From positions 11,546,243-11,610,242 of the forward strand of contig NC_052176.1 of the NCBI RefSeq assembly GCF_902713615.1: a stretch of DNA of 64,000 bases, in the 5' to 3' direction. Made by a program: the position numbers and the translations under genes. Of the stretch, positions 24,999-37,697 are shown piece by piece. The stretch is from Scyliorhinus canicula (lineage: Eukaryota). The first letter of the stretch is position 1, and each line of letters opens with the position of its first letter. The notes beneath the pieces are model-generated. The model did no database searches. It worked only from the letters and a program-made list of their open reading frames with translations, and was not told the DNA's origin.

Positions 24999-26513
24999 GA
25001 GTTAGGTGCTCCTTTCATTTCATTTCCTCAAAGAGTGAGAAGGGAGCCAGGAGTTCACAGAGTGCAGCTGACTGGGAGCAGAGTCAGAGGGTGGAGTTCC
25101 AGTTGGTCCACAGGGCAGCTATATTCTGTAAGTTAAGAGGGGATGGAGGCTAGGGCAGTTGCATACTCCTCCTGTAGGATGTGGGTGGTGAGGGATACCA
25201 CCGGTGTCCCCTCTGACTATACCCGCGGGAAGTGCACCCAACTCCAGCTCCTCGGAGACCGTGTTAGGGAACTAGAGCTGGAGCTGGATGAACTTCGGAT
25301 CATCCAGGAGGCAGAGGGGGTAATAGGGAGTTACAGGGAGGTAACCACACCCAAGGTGCAGGACAAGCGTAGCTGGGTTACAGTCAGGGGAAGGAAAACA
25401 AATGGGCAGACAGTGCAGGGGTCCCTCGTGGCCGTTCCCCTGCAAAACAAGTATACTATTTTGGATGCTGTTGGGGGGATGACCTACCGGGGGATGGCCC
25501 TAGCGGCCAGGTCTCTGGCACTGAGTCTGGCTCTGGGGCTGAGAAGGGAAGTGGGGGAGAATAGAAAAGCAATAGTAATAGGAGATTCAATGGTTAGGGG
25601 AATAGATAGGAGATTCTGTGGTCGCGAGCGAGACTCCCGGATGGTATGTTGCCTCCTGGGTGCCAGGGCCAGGGATGTCTCGGATCGTGTCTTCAGGATC
25701 CTGAAGGGGAGGGTGAGCAGCCAGAAGTCATGGTGCACATTGGTACAAACGACGTAGGTAGGAAAAGGGGTGTTGAGGTAATGAACAAGTTTCGGGAGTT
25801 AGGCTGGAAGTTAAAAGCCAGGACAGACAGAATTGTCATCACTGGTTTGTTGCCGGTGCCACGTGATAGCGAGGCTAGGAATAGGGAGAGAGTGCAGTTG
25901 CACACCTGGCTGCAGGAATGGTGCAGGAGGGAGGGCTTCAGGTATTTGGATAATTGGAGAGCATTCTGGGGAAGGTGGGACCTGTACAAGCAGGATGGGT
26001 TGCATCTGAACCAGAGGGGCACCAATATCCTGGGAGGGAGGTTTTCTAGTACTCTTCGGGCGGGTTTAAACTAATTTGGCAGGGGAATGGGAAACGGATT
26101 TGTAGTCCAGCAACTAAGGAAGCCGATATTCAGCTCAGCAAAGCGTGTAGTGATGCAGTGAGGAAGGTAACACTGACAAAGGAGAGTACTTGCAGGCACG
26201 GAGATGGGTTGAAGTGTGTATACTTCAACGCAAGAAGCATCAGGAATAAGGTGGGTGAACTTAAGGCATGGATCGGTACTTGGGAATAGGATGTGGTGGC
26301 CATCACGGAAACTTGGATAGAAAAGGGGCAGAAATGGATGTTGGAGGTCCCTGGTTAGAGATGTTTAAACAAGATTAGGGTGGATGGTAAAAGAGGTGGT
26401 GGGGGGGGGGGGTGGCATTGTTAATTAGAGATAGTATAACAGCTACAGAAAGGCAGTTCGAGTAGGATCTGCCTACTGAGGTAGTATGGGTTGAAGTCAG
26501 AAATATGAAAGGA

Positions 26514-26736
26514 GGGCAGCACGGTGGCACAGTGGTTAGCATCGCTGCCTACGGCACTGAGGACCTGGGTTTGAATCCTGGCACTGGGTCTGTGAGGAGT
26601 TTGCACATTCTCCCCGTGTCTGCATGGGTTTCGCCCCACAACAACCCAAAGATGTGCAGGTTAGGTGGATTGGCCACGTTAAATTGCCCCTTAATTGGAA
26701 AAAATAATTGTGTATTCTAAATTTATTTTTAAAAAA
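26514..26736 (+). mobile_element. HE1-like SINE inserted in CR1 ORF2
   Basis: GGGCAGCACGGTGGCACAGTGGTTAGC head; ~16-bp TSD agaaata(t/g)gaaaggag. Confidence 0.85.
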
Positions 26737-28363
26737 AGAAATAGGAAAGGAGCAGTCTGGGAGTTTTCTATAGGCCCCCCCAATAGCAGCAGAGATGAGG
26801 AGGAACAGATTTTGGAAAGGTGCAGAAGTCACAGGGTAGTAGTCATGGGTGACTTCAACTTCCCAAACATTGAGTGGAAACTCTTTAGATCAAATAGTTT
26901 GGATGGGGTGGTATTTGTGCAGTGTGTCCAGGAAGCTTTTCTAACACAGTATGTAGATTGTCCGACCAGAGGGGAGGCCATATTGGATTTGGTACTTGGT
27001 AATGAACCAGGGCAAGTGATGGATTTGTTAGTGTGGAAACATTTTGTAGGTTGTGACCACAATTCTGTGAATTTCACTTTAGTAATGGATAGGTGCGTGC
27101 AACAGGACAAGGTTTACAATTGGGGGAAGGTAAATACAATGCTGTATGACAAGAATTGAAGTGCATAAGTTGGGAAAATAGGCTGTCGGGGAAGGACACA
27201 AGTGAAATGTGGAACTTGTTCAAGGATCAGGTACTACGTGTCTTTGATATGTATATCCCTGTCAGGCAGGGAAGAGATGGTCAAGTGAGGGAACCATGTT
27301 TGACAAGAGAGGTTGAATGTCTTGTTTAGAGGAAGAAAGAGACTTGTGTAAGGCTGAGGAAACAAGGTTCAGACAGGGCGCTGGAGGGATACAAGATAGC
27401 CAGGAGGGAACTGAAGAAAGGGATTAGGGGAGCTAAGAGAGGGCATGAAAAATCTTTGGCGGGGAGGATCAAGGAAAACCCCAAGGCCTTTTACACATAT
27501 GTGAGAAATAAGAGAATGACTAGAGCGAGGGTAGGTCCGATCAAGGACAGTAGCGGTAGATTGTGATCATCCTCACTGTCAACAGCGGTGGTACCAGGGG
27601 ATTGGAGAGTGGCGAATGTTGTGCCTCTGTTCAAAAAAGGGAATAGGGATAACACTGGGAATTACAGGCCAGGTAGTCTTACTTCGGTGGTAGGCAAAGT
27701 AATGGAAAGGGTACTGAGGGATAAGATTTCTGAGCATCTGGAAAAACACTGCTTGATTAGGGATAGTCAGCACCAATTTATGAGGGGTAGGTCTTGCCTT
27801 ACAAGTCTTATTGAATTCTTTGAGGAGGTGACCAAGCATGTGGATGAAGGTAAAGCAATGGATGTAGAGTACATTGATTTTAGTAAGGCATTTGATAAGG
27901 TTCCCCATGGTAGTCTTATGCAGAAAGTAAGGAGTCATGGGATAGTGGGAAATATTGCCAGTTGGATAATGAACTGGCTAACCAATAGAAGTCAGAGATT
28001 TGTAGTGGATGGGAATTATTCAGCCTGGAGCCCAGTTACCAGTGGCGTACAGCAGGGATCAGTTCTGGGTCCTCTGCTGTTTGTGATTTTCATTAATGAC
28101 TTGGATGTGGGAGTTGAAGGGTGGGTCAGTAAACTTGCAAATGATACTAAGATTGGTGGAGTTGTGGATAGTGAGGAGGGTTGTTGTCTGCTGCAAAGAG
28201 ACATAGATAGGATGCAGAGCTGGGCTGAGAAGTGGTAGATGGAGTGTAACCCTGACAAGTGTGAGTTTGTCCATTTTGGAAGGAGAAATGTGAATGCGGA
28301 ATACAGGGTTAACGGTAGGGTTCTTGGCAACGCTGAGGAGCAGAGAGATCTTGGGGTCTCTGT

Positions 28364-28553
28364 TGAAATGAAATGAAAAACGAAAATCACTTATTGTCAC
28401 GAGTAGGCTTCAATGAAGTTACTGTGAAAAGCCCCTAGTCGCCACATACCGGCGCCTGTCCGGGAAGGCAGGTACGGGAATCAAACTGTGCTGCTGGCCT
28501 GCTTGGTGTGCTTTTAAAGCCAGCTATTTAGCACAGTGAGCTAAACCAACCCC
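28364..28553 (-). mobile_element. Second-family SINE inserted in CR1 ORF2
   Basis: Family core sequence; flanked by ct(c/a)tgtt. Confidence 0.8.
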
Positions 28554-29150
28554 TATGTTCAGAGACCTTTGAAAGTTGCCACTGAAGTGGATAGAGCTGT
28601 GAAGAAGGTGTGCTAGCGTTGATTGGCAGAGGGATTGAATTTAAGAGCCGTGAGGTGATGATGCAGCTGTACAAAACCTTGGTAAGGCCACATTTGGAGT
28701 ACTGTGCGCAGTTCTGGTCACCTCATTTTAGGAAGGATGTGGAAGCTTTGGAAAAGGTGCAAAGGAGATTTACCAGGATGTTGCCTGGAATGGAGAGTAG
28801 GTCCTACGAGGAAAGGTTGAGGGTGCTAGGCCTTTTCTCATTAGAACGGAGAAGGATGAGGGGCAACTTGATAGAGGTTTATAAGATGATCAGGGGAATA
28901 GATAGAATAGACAGCCAGAGACTTTTCCCCGGGTGGAACAAACCATTACAATGGTACATAAATTTAAGGTGAATGGTGGAAGATATAGGGGGGATGTCAG
29001 AGGTAGGTTCTTTACCCAGAGAGTAGTGGGGTCATGCAATGCACTGCCTGTGGAAGTAGTTGAGTCGGCAACATTAGGGACCTTCAAGCGGCTATTGGAT
29101 GTGTACATGGATTATGGTAGAATAATGGAGTGTAGATTAATTTGTTCTTA

Positions 29151-29512
29151 AGGGCAGCACGGTAGCATTGTGGAGAGCACAATTGCTTCACAGCTCCAGG
29201 GTCCCAGGTTCGATTCCGCCTTGGGTCACTGTCTGTGCGGAGTCTGCACATCCACCCCATGTGTGCGTGAGTTTCCTCCGGGTGCCGATCCGGTTTTCTC
29301 CCACAGTCCAAAGATGTGCAGGTTAGGTGGATTGGCCATGATAAATTGCCCTTGGTGTCCAAAATTGCCGTCAGTGTTGGGTGGGGTTACTGGGTTATGG
29401 GGATAGGGTGGAGGTGTTGACCTCGGGTAGGGTGCTCTTTCCAAGATCTGGTGCAGACTCAATGGGCCGAGTGGCCTCCTTCTGCACTGTAAATTCTATG
29501 ATAATCTATGAT
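29151..29512 (+). mobile_element. HE1-like SINE in the CR1 3' UTR
   Basis: gggcagcacggtagcattgtgg head, ggttcgattcc B box, gattaat flanks. Confidence 0.85.
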
Positions 29513-29589
29513 TAATCTAGGACAAAGGTTCGGCACAACATTGTGGGCCGAAGGGCCTGTTCTGTGCAGTATTTTTCGATGTTCGATGT

Positions 29590-32120
29590 TCCCCTGTTGG
29601 GGGATCTGAGGTGTGCAGTCCCCGGTAAAAGTCCTCAAAGGTCTTGTTAACCTTGTTTGGGTCTGTTTCTAGTGTGCCTCTGTTGTGCCAAATTTGCACA
29701 ATCTTTCTGTTGGCTGCTCAGCTGGCCTTCTCTGCTGGTGTGCCAACAGGCGGCTGGCTTTGTCCCCGTGTTTGTATAGGGTTCCCCGTGCTTGGTGGAG
29801 TTGGTGCACTGCTTTACTCATGGAGAGCAGGTCAAAGTCCATTTGTTGCTTTTCCCTCTCTGCCAAGAGCTCTATTGTTGGGTCCGACTGCTGCCTAGCC
29901 ACTCTCTCCTCTCTCCCTTTGTGCTTTAAAGGCAATAGTTTCCCCTCCAATCACGGCCTTTAGCTCCTCCCAGACGTGGAAGCTGAGACCTCCCCATTTT
30001 GGTTGTTTGTGGTATACTCCGCTATGGCCTGTGATACCCTCTCGCTGAAAGCCATGTTGGCCAGTAGGGCAGCGCCCAACCTCTATGTGGGGCATTGGGT
30101 ACTGCCCATCTCCAACCTCACATCCATATAATGTGGAGCATGGTCTGAGATTACGATTACGGAGACTCCGCCTTGACCAGCCCTGGGAGCACCGATTTTC
30201 CAACCAGAAAGAAGTGACTCCTCAAGTAAATATTGTGGACTGGTGAGAACAAGGAGAAATCCTGCTGCCCTGGGTGGGTGAACCTCCCACCGCCCCCATC
30301 TGCCCCATGAAGCGACCGGGTTCCTTCACCATGTTCAAGGTCTTCCCCGTTCCGGGGTTTGAGCTGTCTGTCCATGTGTCCTGTACACAGTTATAGTCCC
30401 CCCCCCCCACTCCCCACCCCCCACCATGATCAGTCGGTGCGTCACTATGTAGGGGATTTCTGCCTTTGTCTTGTTAATGAATTTTGCGTTGTCCCAGTTG
30501 AGAGTGTTCACGTTGACAGTACTACCGGTGCGCCGTCCAACCATGACGTACCATCCCCCTGGGTCCGTTACCATCATCGTCACCTGAAACATAGTCCTGT
30601 TCTTTAACAGAATCACTACCCCCCAGGCCCTCGTCCCATGGCAGGAATGGTAAGTCTGTCCCACCCAGCCCTTCCTTAGCCACAGCCGGTCCTGCTCCCT
30701 CAGGTGTGGCTCTTGGAGGACGACTATGTCGGCTCTCATGTTTCTTCGGTGGGTGAAGACTCTGGATCTTTTCACTGGGCCTTTAAGTTCCTTGACATTC
30801 CAGGTTACCAGGTCCCTTTTCCCATCGCCTCCCCTTCCCGTCCCCCCTCTCCCATCTTCTTTCCCTTCCTCTGTCCCCCTTCCCCGAGCTCCTTTTCCCC
30901 TATACTTCTCCGTCCCTGCTGTTTGTTCCCACTCCCCCTGCCAGGCACTGCACCCCCCCCCCCCACCCCCCACCCCGTTGGAAGACAGCCGCGGCCTCTA
31001 TCTGCTGCATGTTCCCGGCGTTAGCTCTCCTGCTAATGTGGTGACCCTCCTCTCGGGAGTTACTGTCCCGCTGTCCTTCCACCCAATCTCTGTGGTTTCT
31101 GTATGTTGTTTCCACATCATGCCCGACCCTTGGTCCTCCACCTTTTGCCCGTGTCTGCACGTATAGGGCCAGCATCTTCCGCCTCTTCGTCAGTCAGTTG
31201 TGTTGTGGGGGGTGGAGGAGGGGTGAGGTTCTTTTCTCCCCCTGCCCCCTCCAATTGTTGGTTTGCCAATGCGCTGCCGCTCTTCGCCTGGACCCCTCCG
31301 GCCTCTCCTGTGGACACGGCCCCAGCCCGCAGTCTGTGACAAACGTATCTGCTTCAGTTGGGGCCTTAAAAACAATATTTTTTGCCCTGGTATGTGACCC
31401 AGGCCTGGCTGGATATAACATTCTTAAGTGAACGCCGCCTTCGTACAGCGCTGCTTTGGCCCTGTTAAATCCAGCTCTGCACGTGGCCAGGTCAGCCCCA
31501 ATGTCCTGATAAATTCGGAGTCTGTGTCCTTCCCAATTGCAGTTCCTCATGTTTAAAAATAAAAAACCAATGAGGAGACAATAAAATGGAGTTCTGCTCC
31601 GATCGGGCTGAGAAGCCCGAAGTGCCGGGACCTGCGCAGGAGACCACCCACGATGCAGTCGTCATTCACCCCAGCCCCGGAGAGAGAGAAGGTGAACAAA
31701 ACCCCGAGAAATGGAAAGAGGCCCACAATTCAAACAAGAACGAAAACAGAGAGAGAGACAAAAGGGACCAAGGGGAGAGAGACCCCACGAGACAGAGAGA
31801 AGTAAAGACCCACGGGAGGAAACAAGAAGAGGGGCAAAACACACCTCCAAAAAGACGGAGTTCTCCTTTGATCAATCCGAACTGCTGGCACCAGTGGAGG
31901 AGCCGCCCACTATGCTGGCACTGTGTCTTCACTTACAATTCTTTAGTTGCTCACCCAATAGACCTTTTTTTTTCTCTTCCCCTGTACTCTGGTAAGTGCC
32001 TCCTTATGCCAAGATCTGAACTTTCCAAAATATTTGAATTGTTGCACTTGAAGGTGTTTTTGATTGTAGTGGAGAGCCTCCACGTGTGAGCTGCCCCCTC
32101 TGAACTCAGCCCCCCTCTGT
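29590..32120 (-). mobile_element. L1 copy B (older paralog): endonuclease, partial ORF1 and 5' region; lacks the 3134 SINE
   Basis: Collinear with 2830-5045 and 5950-6505; VTWNVKELKGPVKR and LQEPHL endonuclease motifs. Confidence 0.85.
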
Positions 32121-32849
32121 TTAGACTCATTACTCATTTTCCAAATTCCCCTCATTTCACACATTCACAGGTTTCCATATTCCCCTTGTTTTGCACACTC
32201 TCCTTGTTTTACACAGTCCTATGGTTTACACATTATCCTGGTTAACCCACTCATCTGCTCAATACACTCCCCTGTTCCACACATGACTCTGGTTTACACA
32301 TTTCCAATAGTTAACACACTCCCCATGTTTACCCACTCCTCTGTTATGCTTGGCTTTACACACTCCCCTGCTTTTACACACTCTGCAAGTTTACACATGC
32401 TTTTCTTGTCCACACTCTCCTGCTTATAAGCACTCCCCTGGTTCACATTCACCACAAATTCTATAAACTCCTGGTTTTAACTCCCCAGGTTTTATCCATT
32501 TCAACAAATACACACACTCATATTGTGTAATTGTCAGGTTTTCACAATCCTCTCTTAAACATACTTATACGCCTGGTTTTACACACACACACCTGGTATT
32601 ACAGCCTCAAATTTTACATGTATTGTACAATCACTGGGTTTGCACACTGCCCGGCTTACACACTTCATAGGGTTTTACACAATCCCGGTTCACAGACACC
32701 CAGCTTGCACAATCACTTACTTTTTCACACTTTCCTTGTTAACACACTTGCACCCATGGCTTTGCACGATCCATTGGTTGTACACACATCCCTGACTTTA
32801 CACACTCCCAGTTTATGTAATTCTATTACAGGAGAGTGAGTGAACAAGG

Positions 32850-33025
32850 GGAGTGAGTAAAGCAGGGAAGCGAGTAAAGCAGGGGAGCGAGTCAAGCAGG
32901 GGAGCGAGTCAAGCAGGGGAGCGAGTCAAGCAGGGGAGCGAGCCAAGCAGGGGAGCGAGCGAAGCAGGGGAGCGAGCGAGCAAAGCAGGGGAGCGAGCGA
33001 ACCAGGGGAGTGAGCGAACCAGGGG
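32850..33025. repeat. 17-bp minisatellite (agcaggggagcgagtca)
   Basis: Direct tandem units; a variant of the 17-bp family. Confidence 0.85.
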
Positions 33026-33234
33026 TAGTGTGTAAAACAGCACAGTATTTAATTCCCGGATATGATAACAAATAGCCGTGTGTGTGAAGAACCAGAGTGT
33101 GTGAGCAGGGGTGTGTGTTAAACCAGGCAAATGTATAAACCAGGGGCTGTGGAAACCAGGAGAGTGAGAAAACTAGAAATGTGCTAAACCAGGAGTGTGT
33201 GCAAAATTAGGGCAGTGAGTAAAGCAGTTGATTG

Positions 33235-33542
33235 TCTCAATCAAATTCACTTTGAAATTGGAAATGGGTGATAATGAAGTGAATCAGTGAAATGGTAGTT
33301 TGCAGAAAGTGTGAGTTTGAGGGGCTGAGTGACAGTGTAATAACAAACAAGCTGCAGGCAATGACTGCAAATTGAATATTTCATTGGGACAAACACACAG
33401 CTACAAAGGTGATTGAATGATCCCTTGGGCGCAGGGCCACTTGCACCCACACACACACAGTCCCCCCAACACGAGCTCTGTAGGAGATTTCGCTCTATAT
33501 GTGATGACAGTGAAATGGGGAATATTCCCATTGATTCTCAAA
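33235..33542 (+). promoter_or_regulatory. Promoter-like module copy 3, truncated before the NRF1 core
   Basis: Matches 8575-8774 plus 9723-9835. Confidence 0.5.
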
Positions 33543-35968
33543 GTACCAGGGACTGATACATACAGGATAGATCTGGCACAGAGGTTTTGGCAAAGAATGA
33601 AAACTGCTGATGAAATGTCAAATTCACACTCACTACCAGTGGCAACCTCACAATGAGCTGTTGTTTGTGTATCGGACCACACCCCAACATTCGTTAGGAT
33701 ACCGGACAAGAAACTGCAAACATCTTTTTCAATTTGTAAATTGAAAATTGTACATTAACTCAATGTACAGCTCATATATACAGAATAAACTCGATGTACA
33801 GCTCAAATGTACAGAATAAACTCGATGTACAGCTCAAATATACAGAATAAACATGAAGGTGACATCACATACCTGAAAAGAGGAGGTGCAGATCATAATC
33901 CACATTCGCTTACCAAAAACACACTTGTAATAAATTTAAAACGTGACAATTACTTTTCAGAAACCAAAAGACGCAGACAATATATTCATATACTTGTGAC
34001 AGAAAAGTGCACAAATATTCAATTTTGTCACATCAGAATGGATAGGAGTAGAGAAAACTATGTCTTAATGAATCAGAAATTTAAAAAGATGGAATAGTTT
34101 ACTTTAATGTTTTCAGGAACTCAAATGAGTAGATAAAACAAAATAAGATACTGAGCTATGAGAGATTGAGGTGAACATATTAACACATAGAGCCACACTG
34201 AAAACTGTGATAGATGCACGATATAACACAATGTTCCAATTCACTGCAATATACAGAGTGAAAACAACACTCACATGGCAGCAGTGGACATTCTCAGTGA
34301 ATAGCGGGACAGATATACCACATACTGGCAGCTTTATGAGTATAAACATGCTTCCATTCATCTATTTAAAGAAATAGAGATTAATATCTACCCTTTTCTG
34401 AAACATAAGGTTGCAGCACAAACCCAGAATCTATGTATCAGAAACTCTGGGAAACAGAGTACAATAGACAGTGACATATACAGACTCGGCTGACTCATGG
34501 GACGTTAGACCTAATACAATTGTAGTTAGAAGAACGACAATCAACTTTCTTAAAAGATATAGGTATCAGAGAGGATGTTGCTGTGAAAATCCTACTTTCC
34601 TACACAGTACCATCTGTGACAGATCAAGAAGGGAAACAGTAATGACATACTGTACCGGAGACTGATACATACAGGATAAATCCGGCACAGAGATATTTGA
34701 CAAAGAATGAAGACTGCTGATGAAATGTCAAACTCACACTCACTTTCCGTGGCATCCTCACAATGAGCTGTTGTTAGTGTATCGGACAACACCCCAACTT
34801 TTGTTAGGACACCGGACAACAAACTGCAAACATTTTTTTCAATTTGTAAAACTGTGAGGAAAGGAAATTTGTCCCCAGGAGTGATGACACTGACCAATAT
34901 ATTAAAACAAACTTTAATTTAAACACAGAATTAATCACGTTAACATTAAAGCACCAGCTTTACAATTAACAGTCAATCCTATACTCTCACAGATTATCAG
35001 GTAAAGAATCAATTACATATTCACAAAGAAAAAAAACATATGATAGAGAGAGAGAAATACAGCACAGAACAGCCCCTTTGGCCCAAGATGTTGTGCCGAA
35101 CTTTTGTCCTAGTTTTATCATGGAAGTTTGGACACCAAGGGCAATTTATCATGGCCAATCCACCCAACCTGCGCATCTTTGGACTGATATTGACAGTTAT
35201 GTGAGAAATTTCACTCCAGTGCACCTGAGGAAACAAGAATTTGCAGTATGAGTCACATGGTTGCATTGCTTTCAGAGACAGTCTTACAAAGAATCATATC
35301 CATATCGAGATTCCAGAAAATGACAGATCCAGACAGGAATGTAGGGGGTTATGGATTAGTGCAAAACGCACATTCTGAATCAGAAAATGCGTGAATCGAA
35401 AACAAAAACCAGAACAATTCATTTGCAGCGAATAATAGATGCAGAATGACTTGGATACTGACATTGTGGCCCAGTGGTGAACCGATACTGGATAAACATA
35501 TTTCATATACAGACCACTATTGGTTTTAGTATATATGTTTGAATGTGGGCATTATCAAAAAGTACCTTCCTAATAGCTGTGTTTAAGGTGGCTGTGGACT
35601 GCCTTCTTTCACCCTCGTAGCCTGTCTGCCGAAGCTACATCGATAGAACAAGGGCACAACAAAGAACACACCAACAATAAACATGCAAACACACAAAAAC
35701 CCCACAGTTGCATCCCAATAACTGATAGGGTAAATAAAACAAACATTCAAAAACAGATGCAGATACTGAGTTATCACAACATCCACATTCCGTGACTGAA
35801 ATATTCAGAGTAAATTCCACATCCAATTAGCAGAGTAAAGAACAGGCATCAAGTAAACCTCCATTGTGTTGCAGTAACTGACACATGCAGCACAGAACCA
35901 ACATTCTGACATTGGGAACAGACAAGTGAAGATTAAAACGCATTGTTACATAAAGGAAACTGACAGAG

Positions 35969-36309
35969 ACTTAGAATTTACAGTGCCGAAGGAGGCTATT
36001 CGGCCCATCGAGTCTGCACCGGCTCCTGGAAAGAGCCAAGGTCCACACATCCACCCTATCCCCATAACCCAGTAACCCCACCCAACATTAAGGGCAATTT
36101 TGGACACTAAGGACAATTTAGCATGGCCAATCCCCCTAACCTGCACGTCTTTGGACTGTGGGAGGAAACCGGGGCACCCGGAGGAAACCCACACACACGC
36201 ACGGGAGGATGTGCAGACTCCGCACAGACAGTGACCCAAGCCGGGAATCGAACCTGAAACCCGGGAGCTGTGAAGCGATTGTGCTCTCCGCAATGCTACC
36301 GTGCTGCCC
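35969..36309 (-). mobile_element. HE1-like SINE
   Basis: Full head and core; absent from the paralogous position near 13390. Confidence 0.85.
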
Positions 36310-36764
36310 TTAATACACATTCACTTCCTGTATTTAACAGGCACAGGAGAAAAACGACTTTCCATCCATGGCAGAACTAACCTGTGGAGAGAAAATAGAC
36401 AATGAGACAGCTGTACAGCAGAAAATACTGATTCACAAACTGGAAACTGTCAGCTCAATAGTAAATGAGCAAAACAAACTCATATGAAACTGTAATGGGT
36501 TTGCAGTGATCCCATTCACTGTCCAAAAATTACAGATAAAGTGTAAGGTGTTTCCTTCTACATTGAAAATACAGGTAAACCCAAATTCACACATAATAAA
36601 TTGACAAATTCAAAGTGCAGCCAGCATTTACTACGGTACGAATATGACAAAAATAGAATAAGATAGTCACCAAATAATGGCACGCAAAATAAAATTGACA
36701 TGAAGCTAGTAGAAATGGAATACTAGATTAATATCTCCAATCACAGATTAGAAAGCCGGTTCAC

Positions 36765-37197
36765 CCCGACACTCACACACTGAATCAGAGAGTGAGTAAA
36801 TCCCACACTCTCACACTGCATCAGAGAGTGAGTAAATCCCACACTCACACACTGTATCAGAGTGAGTAAATCCACACTCACACACTGTATCAGAGAGTGA
36901 GTAAATCCCACACTCTCACACTGTATCAGAGAGTGAGTAAATCCCACACTCACACACTGTATCAGAGAGTGAGTAAATCCCACACTCCACACTGTATCAG
37001 AGAGTGAGTAAATCCCACTCACACACTGTATCAGAGAGTGAGTAAATCCCACACTCACACTGTATCAGAGAGTGAGTAAATCCCACACTCACACACTGTA
37101 TCAGAGTAAATGCCACGCACACACTTATCAGAGAGGAAGTACATCCACACCCAGACACTCTATCAGAGCAAATCCCACACTCCGTGTCAGATAGTGA
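36765..37197. repeat. ~35-bp satellite (cactgtatcagagagtgagtaaatcccacactcaca) running into the gap
   Basis: Direct tandem units. Confidence 0.9.
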
Positions 37198-37697
37198 NNN
37201 NNNNNNNNNNNNNNNNNNNNNNNNNNNNNNNNNNNNNNNNNNNNNNNNNNNNNNNNNNNNNNNNNNNNNNNNNNNNNNNNNNNNNNNNNNNNNNNNNNNN
37301 NNNNNNNNNNNNNNNNNNNNNNNNNNNNNNNNNNNNNNNNNNNNNNNNNNNNNNNNNNNNNNNNNNNNNNNNNNNNNNNNNNNNNNNNNNNNNNNNNNNN
37401 NNNNNNNNNNNNNNNNNNNNNNNNNNNNNNNNNNNNNNNNNNNNNNNNNNNNNNNNNNNNNNNNNNNNNNNNNNNNNNNNNNNNNNNNNNNNNNNNNNNN
37501 NNNNNNNNNNNNNNNNNNNNNNNNNNNNNNNNNNNNNNNNNNNNNNNNNNNNNNNNNNNNNNNNNNNNNNNNNNNNNNNNNNNNNNNNNNNNNNNNNNNN
37601 NNNNNNNNNNNNNNNNNNNNNNNNNNNNNNNNNNNNNNNNNNNNNNNNNNNNNNNNNNNNNNNNNNNNNNNNNNNNNNNNNNNNNNNNNNNNNNNNN
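37198..37697. other. Assembly gap (500 N)
   Basis: Run of N of round-number length. Confidence 1.

Larger units (their letters stand above)
24829..29589 (+). mobile_element. Near full-length decayed CR1-clade LINE (HER1-like): ORF1 with SGNH esterase (25143-26074), ORF2 EN-RT (~26200-29110)
   Basis: GDS/GTND/DGLH esterase motifs; MGDFNFPNI, LDLVL, DHN endonuclease motifs; [30 protein letters not shown] motifs; 3' tgttcga repeats; possible TSD tcccc. Confidence 0.92.
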
